Source: Macrostomum hystrix (taxonomy: Eukaryota; Animalia; Platyhelminthes). From it: 64,000 nt of DNA. The notes beneath the pieces are model-generated. The model was not told the origin of the DNA and did no database searches. It saw only the letters and a list, made by a program, of their open reading frames with translations. The translations under genes and the position numbers were made by a program. The stretch is from NCBI GenBank assembly GCA_950097015.1, contig CATNEN010000005.1:2418001-2482000 (forward strand). Reading direction: 5' to 3'. Shown here piece after piece: positions 40,280-50,681 of the stretch; within the stretch, counting starts at the first letter, position 1, and every line of letters begins with the position of its first letter.

Positions 40280-40610
40280 CCACTCACCCTGACAAACCCC
40301 TCTCACCCTGATGTACACAAGCCCTGACAAACCCCTCTCACCCTGGTGTACACAAGCCCTGGCAAACCCCACTCAACCCTGATGTACACAAGCCCTGACA
40401 AACCCCTCTCACCCTGATGTACACAAGCCCTGGCAAACCCCTCTCACCCTGATGTACACAAGCCCTGACTAACCCCTCTAACCCTGATGTACACAAGCCC
40501 TGACAAACCCTCTCACCCGGGTGTACACAAGCCCTGACAAACCCCACTCACCCTGATGTACACAAGCCCAGACTAACCCCTCTAACCCTGATGTACATAA
40601 TCCCTGACCT
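40280..40610. repeat. 35-bp minisatellite (~9 copies) between ANKZF1 and REC8
   Basis: Unit GATGTACACAAGCCCTG(A/G)CAAACCCC(T/A)CTCACCCT; inverted homologue of the 37.8-39.7 kb array. Confidence 0.95.
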
Positions 40611-41180
40611 CTACTTTAGAAAGCTTCGATTAAGAAGCACACAAGACCTTATTAGCAATTACACGAGAACATTTATTGCCACAGGGCACTAATATTACCC
40701 ACCTCCTAATTAAAAAAAGCGCTGTTCATTAAAGAACATTATAAAATAGTGCTAAAGTTATTGTAATTACAGAAAAAACAAGTCAATAAAATTAATTGAC
40801 GAAATAAGCCAATTAAAATGCAATATTAAGTTCAGTTCAGTTTTTATTCACAAAAGACAATCTGATTGTTAAAACTTTCAAAACTGAAGACGCATACACT
40901 ATAATAAAATAAATTTAGCTCAATAATAAACATTTTTTCATAGTCTTAAATAAGTAAGACAAATTTTACAGATAGCATCATAAATAGATTTTCGATTACA
41001 TGATGAAAGATTCCATTAACCATTCCAAGTGAATAAGAAAAGTACACAATGGAAGTTGGACAACTAACAAGCTTAAGCATTGTTGACTTCTGAATAAATT
41101 AAAAGCAGATAAAATCACTCTTTAACCTTAAGGTTTACATAGTCAAATAAGTGTTAATAGGAATTATAATCACAATGGCA

Positions 41181-44100
41181 TCACTTCTTTGCCGCACTGG
41201 CTGCTTTATCTCGGTGCTGGCGCAAACAGGCGGTTGAACAGAACTCAAATCGGTCGTAATGAAATGGCACCTTGCCAGTAATATCTGCGGCGCAGAGAAA
41301 GCAGCGAGACAATATTAGTTTGTTGCCACCAGAGCCGCCGGAGGTTGAAGCCGACGCTGCCGCTGCAGCGAGTAGGCGCCGCTCAGCCGCAAGGGCCATC
41401 TTCTGCGTGTCGCTGAGGCTCTGAAATTCGCAGAGATTAATGACATGCTAGCGACTGCACACAGGCACAAACAAAAGTGTGATACGGTTATGCAAAATCA
41501 AATTGCTGGGCTTAATATCTATTTTATATATAGTAGCTTTCCAATGATTATTCAATACTGACTGTGTATGTGGCTGAGTTTGGGGACGGTAGTGACTGTG
41601 GCTATCCAATGGTCATTCAGTAGGGGGTAGTGGCTGTGGCTATCCAATGGTCATTCAGTAGGGGGTAGTGGCTGTGGCTATCCAATGGTCATTCAGTAAG
41701 GGGTAGTGACTGTGGCTATCCAATGGTCATTCAGTAGGGGGTAGTGGCTGTGGCTATCCAATGGTCATTCAGTAGAGGGTAGTGACTGTGGCTATCCAAT
41801 GGTCATTCAGTAAGGGGTAGTGACTGTGGCTATCCAATGGTCATTCAGTAGGGGGTAGTGGCTGTGGCTATCCAATGGTCATTCAGTAGAGGGTAGTGAC
41901 TGGCTATCCAATGGTCATTCAGTAGGGGGTAGTGGCTGTGGCTATCCAATGGTCATTCAGTAGAGGGTAGTGACTGTGGCTATCCAATGGTCATTCAGTA
42001 GAGGGTAGTGGCTGTGGCTATCCAATGGTCATTCAGTAAGGGGGTAATGGCTGTTGGCTATTCATGATGCTGATTGGTTGTCATTGCCGTAACTTTCAAA
42101 TAAAATGCATAATTTTGAAACGATATACAATTATTCGCTTTATCTCACCTGGAATCTATCTTTCTCGTCGGCCTCCGCCTCTTTAGCGGCCTCCGCGGCC
42201 TTCTTTGCCCGATCGCGTTCTCGCTTAGCCGCCTTGGCTGTGCGCCTCTTGTCGGCCTCTTTGATCCTGCGGGCCTCTAATTGAGCCGGCGTCAGCGGCG
42301 CAGGTATGCCGGCTGCTTTGATGTCGAATCGATCAGGCTGAGCGGCCACAAAGGTGCGAAAAGCGTCGCGCACCGTTTTATTGCCGGCTAACTGATAAGG
42401 CGTGCGACCTGCCGCGTCTTTTAGGCACGGATCAGCGCCGGCCTCTAATAAACTAATTACCGTCTTACCGCAGGTGTTAGAGGCGGCCAGGTGTAATAAA
42501 GTGGCGCCTCGCTGACCTAGAGGTTGGCAAATTAATATAGTCACACTGGCCGCATCGCTCATGCTCAACTGCTCAGCTAGCAGCCGGTCTAGAGTGTCGG
42601 CGTCTGCGCAGGCTACCGCAGTGAACAGCTGGTTTTGGACGGCCGAATTAGAAGGCGAAGAGGATTCTAGACACTCAGGTGAACTGTTGTCTGCCGCAGC
42701 CTAGATTCACACATTGAATTTAACAGAGGCTGTGGTGAACTATTAGTCATTTACACTGACTTGAAGGTCGGGGGTTCGAATCACGACTCCACTGGAACAA
42801 TTTCTGTACTTTAGAGCAAGACAACTTAATTCTGAGTCGCTTCAGTTCACTCAGCTCTTAAATGGGTATCAGCATTAGCTAGGGGGGTCGGTGGTAGAGC
42901 GGTCTAACGCGTTTGCCTCTTACGCCAAGGTCATAAGTTCGATTCCGCAGCGAGGCCACATTTATATGGGGCACAGCCGCGAAGAGAAGGCTCGGGGGCT
43001 TGTCGTGAAATTTACGCCCTTGAGGGCCAACCTCCAAGGCACAATGGAGTGAAGACACTGCCTGACAATAAGAAAGTCAGGGCAGGTGTACACATCTGCG
43101 CGTGTGTGCTCAAGTGTCAGCGAAATGGGGCAGAATTGCCTCCTCGCTGGCTGCGGGTCTAGTGTCACCAGTTATTTGCAATTGCCCACAGACCTTCTGC
43201 AATTATTATTACTATTATTAATATCAGCATGCTGCCTAAATTGGACCAGTGTAATCAAACAAGAGAAAAAACTGACTAGAAAAAAATTGTAGGCTACGCC
43301 AATAGTCACCAAAGGCCGTGAAGTTTCACACAAGAAGGCCAGGGCCCACCCCACAATGCACAGTGAGTGCTTAAACCAAATAACAAACAGAACTTACCTG
43401 TGTGTCCTCATCATCACTGCAAGTATCCTGTTTGTCCAGCTCCTCTTCAGCTTCTTTGACAGCATCAGCAGCAGGACTACTCAATGCAGCTGGCTTCTTT
43501 TTTCTTGTGCGCGACACTCCAACAAGCGGCGCCCTACCCGCGTGACCCTCCGACATTGGAAACTGCTGCCTGCGTCTCGGTGGCGGTGAACTACTTGCAG
43601 CAGTATTAGTAGCAACGCCAGCAGCGTCTCCATTGTTAGCATCGGCGGAGCCAGTCAAAATAGATTTCGAATGTCGCTTTAAGTACAATGAGCCGTCAGA
43701 GGATTCGCTGATAATTCGAAGGCCGCGTTCAATGCGGCTGATGAGCTGGCGGGACTCTGGCTGGCCGATAGCCGCGGCGTCGGCATCCGAGTCGTAGACG
43801 TGCAGGCAGGCCAGTTCGCGGTACACGCGCACCAGCTCATTGTGCGTTGGTCGACGAGTACTGATTGGAATCCTGCGAACTCTGGGATCAGATCTGCGGG
43901 GAGGGGTTTAGAAAAATGAAGCTAAATCCGTGACAATCCAGGTCTGACTCTGGATCAGGAAGTTGCAAATAGCCAATCCTGAGGATGTGGTTGGACAAGA
44001 AATCACAGCCGCAGCAACGACTATCTGGTTAAGCTTAAAATCCCTATACCATTTCAAATTGCAGTTTACGATTCCAATCTTAGATTCAGGGCATGGGAAG

Positions 44101-47100
44101 ACGAAAATTCAAATCCCATTCTGAGGACCTGAGACGATTAATATCCCAAATAAAATGCGCAATCTGAATCCCATTCTGAGGACCTGGGAAGACAAAATCC
44201 CAATCCCAGTCAGAGGATTTGGGAAGACTAAAATCCCAATCCCAGTCAGAGGATTTGGGAAGACTAAAATCCCAATCCCAGCATGAGGTTTTGGGACGAA
44301 TAAAATAATAATTTCAGCATGAGGATGAGGTTGGATAGAAAATCCTAATTCCATCCAAAGGAAATGGAATAATTATCAAATTTCTATCTGGAGTTTTTAG
44401 GATGACATTCCAAGGATTTACGAGGACATAGAATCCCACTGCCAGCCTGAGGATTTGGGAAGATAAAAAACTACTTCGGATTACTTCGGAATTTAAGCAG
44501 GGCGGCAGGAAAATCAAACAAACTCACTTCTCAATAGGCGAAGGAGCGCCCAAAAAGATGGCCTGCTGAGGCTTACTAATTCGCACCAGAATAAACTGAC
44601 AGGCGTTCAACTCGGAGGTCCAGGAGGTCAGCAGGGCTTGGATCTTCTCCCGCAGGTGAGCCTCGCAACGTCGACGCAGATTGGCGCCCGCAGATTTGGG
44701 ACCGCCCGCTCCGCCAGACTGGGAATCCCTGGCGCTCTGCAGGCCGCCCTGACGCTTGCGCACAGCGTACTGGTGAAAGGTTTTGTGCAGCTTCGGCCGG
44801 CCGGATTCGTCGAATATGGCGCCGGCGAAGTGACCGCCAGCCAGCATTAGGACGGCCCACTTCAGCATTCTGGGCAGGCTGGCAGCCCTGCTCAGTAGCG
44901 CCTCTTCGCTGGGCGCAGGCAGGTCGAACAGGCAGCGGGCCAGGCTCACGTACTCGCGATCCTTGTTCAGGAAGAATAGTCGGCCGGATTGGCTGAGCAG
45001 CTGGTGCCGCGACAGAGACGAGAAGCTGCTGCTGGTGTCTGGAGATTGCTACAAAGCAACGCAGAAGCGCTAACTTAGCTGCAGAACCCAAGCTACACGA
45101 TTCGCCTGATAATCCACTTTACCTGATCCTTCAGGGTCTCGACTTTTCCCACTTCCCCTGATCCTTCAGGGTCTCGACTTTTCCCACTTCCCCTGATCCT
45201 TCAGGGTCTCGACTTTTCCCACTTCCCCTGATCCTTCAGGGTCTCGACTTTTCCCACTTCCCCTGATCCTTCAGGTCTCGACTTTTCCCACTTCCCCTGA
45301 TCCTTCAGGTCTCGACTTTTCCCACTTCCCCTGATCCTTCAGGTCTCGACTTTTCCCACTTCCCCTGATCCTTCAGGTCTCGACTTTTCCCACTTCCCCT
45401 GATCCTTCAGGTCTCGACTTTTCCCACTTCCCCTGATCCTTCAGGTCTCGACTTTTCCCACTTCCCCTGATCCTTCAGGGTCTCGACTTTTCCCACTTCC
45501 CCTGATCCTTCAGGGTCTCGACTTTTCCCACTTCCCCTGATCCTTCAGGGTCTCGACTTTTCCCACTTCCCCTGATCCTACAGGGTCTCGACTACTATCT
45601 ACCTTTCTTGATCCTTCAGGGTCTCGACTTCTCCACTTCTTCTGAATCCCCAGGGCCTTACCAATGTGCCTTCGTCTTCTTCCTCATCCGACGAAGAAGT
45701 GGTTTCGTCATTTTCATCTTCGCCAGAGAGACTGGACAAATCAGACGAAGCTAGCGAGCCTTCAACCCCTGGTCCACCGCCGGCCCTGCCTCCTTGAATA
45801 ATTGTGGCGAAATCAGCTTCGCTGACGCACTCCTGTTGCTTAGCAATGCGGCGCCGATTGTACAGGTGCCAGTCGGAGCGGAAATGCTCGCGCTGCTCAA
45901 CGCAGCTAGTAAACTGCTCACCACATGTGGTGCATTGGAATGAGTCTAGAGGCTGCTGTTGCTGCTGGCTAGAATCGCTACTGGGGACACTCGATGGCTG
46001 TTGCTGATCCTGCAGGTGTCAATGAGGATAAGCTAGGTGGTGATTGATTGACAAGGGGGAATGACCTATTGACAGTTAGGCGACAGGCTAATGACAAATA
46101 GGTCAAGAGGTAATGACCGATTGATATGACAGTAAGGTGAAGGGCTAATGACCGATTGATGTGACAGTAGGGTGAAGGGCTAATGACCGATTGATGTGAC
46201 AGTAAGGTGAAGGGCTAATGACCGATTGATGTGACAGTAGGGTGAAGGGCTAATGACCGATTGATGTGACAGTAGGGTGAAGGGCTAATGACCGATTGAT
46301 GTGACAGTAGGGTGAAGGGCTAATGACCGATTGATGTGACAGTAGGGTGAAGGGCTAATGACCGATTGATGTGACAGTAGGGTGAAGGGCTAATGACCGA
46401 TTGACGTGACAGTAAGGTGAATGACTAATGACCGATTGATGTGACAGTAGGGTGAAGGGCTAATGACCGATTGATGTGACAGTAAGGTGAAAGGCTAATG
46501 ACCGATTGGCGTGACAGTAAGGTGAAGGGCTACTGACCGATTGACGTGACAGTAAGGTGAATGACTAATGACCGATTGATGTGACAGTAAGGTGAAGGGC
46601 TAATGACCGATTGATGTGACAGTAAGGTGAAGGGCTAATGACCGATTGATGTGACAGTAAGGTGAAGGGCTAATGACCGATTGATGTGACAGTAGGGTGA
46701 AGGGCTAATGACCGATTGATGTGACAGTAGGGTGAAGGGCTAATGACCGATTGATGTGACAGTAGGGTGAAGGGCTAATGACCGATTGATGTGACAGTAG
46801 GGTGAAGGGCTAATGACCGATTGACGTGACAGTAAGGTGAATGACTAATGACCGATTGATGTGACAGTAGGGTGAAGGGCTAATGACCGATTGATGTGAC
46901 AGTAAGGTGAAAGGCTAATGACCGATTGGCGTGACAGTAAGGTGAAGGGCTACTGACCGATTGACGTGACAGTAAGGTGAATGACTAATGACCGATTGAT
47001 GTGACAGTAAGGTGAAGGGCTAATGACCGATTGATGTGACAGTAAGGTGAAGGGCTAATGACCGATTGATGTGACAGTAAGGTGAAGGGCTAATGACCGA

Positions 47101-47660
47101 TTGATGTGACAGTAGGGTGAAGGGCTAATGACCGATTGATGTGACAGTAGGGTGAAGGGCTAATGACCGATTGATGTGACAGTAAGGTGAAAGGCTAATG
47201 ACCGATTGGCGTGACAGTAAGGTGAAGGGCTACTGACCTATCGCAATGACAGGTGACAGGGTAATGACCGATTTAAATGACTGTTAGGTGAAGTGGGTAT
47301 AACGGTGACTTAAAGAGTTAATGACGGATTGATTATTGAGATGACGAGTTTAGTACGGGCAATAACAGGTAAATGAGCATTAGATCCGTGCCTTACCTGC
47401 GGCGGTAGCGATTTATTCGGTTGGTCTGTTTCAGAGGCCGCCGACGATGTAGTCCTCAGCCTGGCAACACCGTCAGCATCGTGATAGAGCAGTCGCAGGC
47501 CGGTGAGCAGTTCTGTGCTCTGTTTGAAATTGCACAACGGCACAGTGCCGCAGGTGCGCTGACAGTGGCGAGGAACCAGGCCGTCAAGGCGAACGCGAGA
47601 GGACGCAGATGACTGCTGCTGCTGCTTCTGCTGCTGTGGTGATAGCTGAGTTGAATTCAT
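41181..47660 (-). CDS. ANKZF1: ANKZF1/Vms1 ribosome-quality-control tRNA endonuclease (C2H2 zinc finger, VLRF1 domain, ankyrin repeats, C-terminal Cys-rich VTC motif); 6 exons, ~806 aa
   Basis: Exons 47660-47397, 46009-45662, 45048-44528, 43893-43398, 42700-42149, 41420-41181 (TGA); total 2421 nt, phases consistent. Motifs: FQCTTCGEQFTSCVEQREHFRSDWHLYN; LAGGHFAGAIF...HKTFHQYAVRKRQGGLQSARD...KSAGANLRR (catalytic GGxQ glutamine present); DPRVRRIPISTRRPT; TLLHLAA...ADPCLKD..GRTPY; CFLC...PFHYDRFEFCSTACLRQH. Confidence 0.95.
41590..42055. repeat. 38-bp minisatellite (~12 copies) in ANKZF1 intron 5
   Basis: Unit GTGGCTATCCAATGGTCATTCAGTAG(G/A)GGGTAGTG(G/A)CT. Confidence 0.95.
42725..42790 (+). 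other. Degenerate tRNA-like relic (B-box GGTTCGAATC), possibly the head of a second SINE family
   Basis: GTCGGGGGTTCGAATCACGAC resembles a T-arm. I could not build a convincing cloverleaf or A-box. Confidence 0.3.
42882..43222 (+). mobile_element. tRNA-derived SINE, full-length copy in ANKZF1 intron 4
   Basis: Pol III A-box TGGTAGAGCGG and B-box AGTTCGATTCC, a body shared with the 56.4-56.7 kb copy, and an (ATT)n tail. Candidate TSD TATCAGCAT at 42867-42875 and 43222-43230. Confidence 0.85.
44100..44310. repeat. Degenerate 36-bp minisatellite in ANKZF1 intron 3
   Basis: AAAATCCCAATCCCAGTCAGAGGATTTGGGAAGACT occurs 2-3 times, with decayed copies on both sides. Confidence 0.8.
45122..45655. 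repeat. 35/34-bp minisatellite (~15 copies) in ANKZF1 intron 2
   Basis: Unit CCCTGATCCTTCAGG(G)TCTCGACTTTTCCCACTTC. Confidence 0.96.
46130..47240. repeat. 35-bp minisatellite (~31 copies) in ANKZF1 intron 1
   Basis: Unit CTAATGACCGATTGATGTGACAGTA(G/A)GGTGAAGGG. It contains a 420-bp (12-monomer) internal duplication, 46381-46800 versus 46801-47220. Confidence 0.97.
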
Positions 47661-47682
47661 AGCCGTGTGGAATCAATCAGGT

Positions 47683-47710
47683 CTGTTTTAAATAATACAC
47701 TGAAAAAAAT
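47683..47710 (-). promoter_or_regulatory. 3' splice acceptor 22 nt upstream of the ANKZF1 ATG (candidate trans-splice site or 5'UTR intron end)
   Basis: The minus strand reads TTTTTTTCAGTGTATTATTTAAAACAG|ACCTGATTGATTCCACACGGCT-ATG. Confidence 0.55.
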
Positions 47711-47855
47711 AAAACTTATAAAATAGAAAAATTGACTATAACAATCAAAATGCTGTTAAATTTGATGCTAATTTGGAAAATTGTGACACTGTTCATTAAA
47801 AGTTAAAAGACAGTTTAACTACCCGACAGAATTAGTGATGATGATTAAGACTATG

Positions 47856-48730
47856 ATGGGAAAGTCTAGATAAGAGGATGGGAAAGTCTAGTTGAGAGGA
47901 TGGGAAAGTCTAGATAAGAGGATGGGAAAGTCCAGTTGAGAGGATGGGAAAGTCCAGTTGAGAGGATGGGAAAGTCCAGTTGAGAGGATGGGAAAGTCTA
48001 GTTGAGAGGATGGGAAAGTCCAGTTGAGAGGATGGGAAAGTCCAGTTGAGAGGATGGGAAAGTCTAGATAAGAGGATGGGAAAGTCCAGTTGAGAGGATG
48101 GGAAAGTCCAGTTGAGAGGATGGGAAAGTCTAGTTGAGAGGATGGGAAAGTCTAGATAAGAGGATGGGAAAGTCCAGTTGAGAGGATGGGAAAGTCCAGT
48201 TGAGAGGATGGGAAAGTCCAGTTGAGAGGATGGGAAAGTCTAGATAAGAGGATGGGAAAGTCCAGTTGAGAGGATGGGAAAGTCTAGATAAGAGGATGGG
48301 AAAGTCTAGATAAGAGGATGGGAAAGTCCAGTTGTGTGAATGGGAAAGTCCAGTTGAGAGGATGGGAAAGTCCAGTTGAGAGGATGGGAAAGTCCAGTTG
48401 AGAGGATGGGAAAGTCCAGTTGAGAGGATGGGAAAGTCTAGATAAGAGGATGGGAAAGTCCAGTTGTGTGGATGGGAAAGTCCAGTTGAGAGGATGGGAA
48501 AGTCCAGTTGAGAGGATGGGAAAGTCCAGTTGTGTGGATGGGAAAGTCCAGTTGAGAGGATGGGAAAGTCCAGTTGAGAGGATGGGAAAGTCCAGTTGAG
48601 AGGATGGGAAAGTCCAGTTGAGAGGAAGGGAAAGTCCAGTTGAGAGGGCGGGAAAGTCCAGTTGAGAGGATGGGAAAGTCCAGTTGAGAGGATGGGAAAG
48701 TCCAGTTGAGAGGACGGGAAAGTCCAGATA
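47856..48730. repeat. 22-bp minisatellite (~40 copies) between PAXIP1 and ANKZF1
   Basis: Unit GGGAAAGTC(C/T)AG(TT/AT)(G/A)AGAGGAT. Confidence 0.97.
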
Positions 48731-49427
48731 AAACGGTCCCTTATGATAACTAATGTAATTAAAACTGTGAAATAATTCATAGAACAGAAAGGTTCGATTG
48801 TGAGAAAAAAATCGCAACAGCTGTTGATTTTTTTGACATATTAAATCATTCAGATTAAATTGCACAATTAAACACTAGTGCAGTTCAGTTCAAAAGCTTT
48901 AGAGAAAAACATAAATACAAGGTTTACTACAAATATTAGCATGATATAAGTAGTATAGTTTGAAAAATATACAAATATAAAATAAGAACAGAAGAGAAAA
49001 AAGTAACAAGTGTGTAGAGCTTATGACATGCCAAGCAAGGACAAAAGATGCGTGTATATGTGCTCAACTACAGAATTAATTGATCGATACGCGATTATAA
49101 AAATTAACTAACTAGTCAATTAACAGCAATGTACACAGCAACTAGAGAGTGGGTAACACAGACAACTTAGCCAAAAATGGAGCTAGACCGCACCTAAGGG
49201 TAAGTGCAAAACAAATGATTTAGTGCCAAAAATTACGACTTATATATTGAAGAATTAGGCACTTTTGTTAACAAGCTATTAATTACATTATTTTTACATA
49301 TTGAAACACCATGAATAAAAACAAAAGCAGAAGAAATATGTAATAATAAACACAAAGTTAAAGCCGATAATATAGATGGGATCAGATAATTAAACAGAGG
49401 CTAAGATAATAAAGGATCATGGAAACG

Positions 49428-50215
49428 TTGTAGAAGCTGAGGCTCTGAAGGATCAGGGACATTAGGTAGAAGCTGAGGCTCTGAAGGATCAGGGACATTA
49501 GGTAGAAGCTGAGGCTCTGAAGGATCAGGGACATTAGGTAGAAGCTGAGGCTCTGAAGGATCAGGGACATTAGGTAGAAGCTGAGGCTCCGAAGGATCAG
49601 GGACATTAGGTAGAAGCTGAGGCCCTGAAGGATCAGGGACATTAGGTAGAAGCTGAGGCCCTGAAGGATCAGGGACATTAGGTAGAAGCTGAGGCTCTGA
49701 AGGATCAGACACATTAGGTAGAAGCTGAGGCCCTGAAGGATCAGGGACATTAGGTAGAAGCTGAGGCCCTGAATGATCAGGGACATTAGGTAGAAGCTGA
49801 GGCTCTGAAGGATCAGACACATTAGGTAGAAGCTGAGGCCCTGAAGGATCAGGGACATTAGGTAGAAGCTGAGGCTCTGAAGGATCAGACACATTAGGTA
49901 GAAGCTGAGGCTCTGAAGGATCAGGGACATTAGGTAGAAGCTGAGGCTCTGAAGGATCAGGGACATTAGGTAGAAGCTGAGGCTCTGAAGGATTAGGGAC
50001 ATTAGGTAGAAGCTGAGGCTCTGAAGGATCAGACACATTAGGTAGAAGCTGAGGCTCTGAAGGATTAGGGACATTAGGTAGACGCTGAGGCCCTGAAGGA
50101 TTAGGGACATTAGGTAGAAGCTGAGGCCCTGAAGGATCAGGGACATTAGTTAGAAGCTGAGGCCCTGAAGGATTAGGGACATTAGGTAGAAGCTGAGGCC
50201 CTGAAGGATCAGGGA
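49428..50215. repeat. 36-bp minisatellite (~22 copies) between PAXIP1 and ANKZF1
   Basis: Unit AGAAGCTGAGGC(T/C)CTGAAGGATCAGGGACATTAGGT. It produces the repetitive ORFs at 49382-50146. Confidence 0.97.
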
Positions 50216-50552
50216 AAAGAGGAGAATGAAAATTAATAAATGATAATTGAATAATGGTTTACAGTTTTTTACTACGCATATGCTGAAACAAATAAGACTT
50301 GACAGGTAAAGACAACAAAAGCATGTTACAATATAAAGGTGCATGCAGCAATTTCAATTGATCATAAAATCCACTATGTAGAGTACATTTTAAGACTATC
50401 TAAAGTAAATATAACAAACGCCCATAGGCAGGCACACATAGTTAAAAGAGCAAATTGAATTATGAAATAAAGCAACAGAATTTATTGATTAACAGTTCAA
50501 ATTGACAAGCCTTAAAAAAAGCGAAAAGCAGCTAGATTTTAAGACACACGTA

Positions 50553-50647
50553 TTAAGAAGCTGAACTTTGACCTTGTTTTGTCCCCTCAGTAGGGGCCAC
50601 CAAATCAGAATTTGCCTCGATGGTTGGCGCTAGAGACTCCATTGTTG

Positions 50648-50681
<34 letters not shown>

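Noticed and set aside
42882-42960. Functional tRNA gene
   Set aside because: A and B boxes are present, but it continues into a SINE body and tail shared with a second copy, and it has no proper acceptor stem.
48130-50344. 193-254 aa ORFs in the 22-bp and 36-bp intergenic arrays
   Set aside because: These are periodic translations of tandem repeats in several frames, with no splice support or domain.
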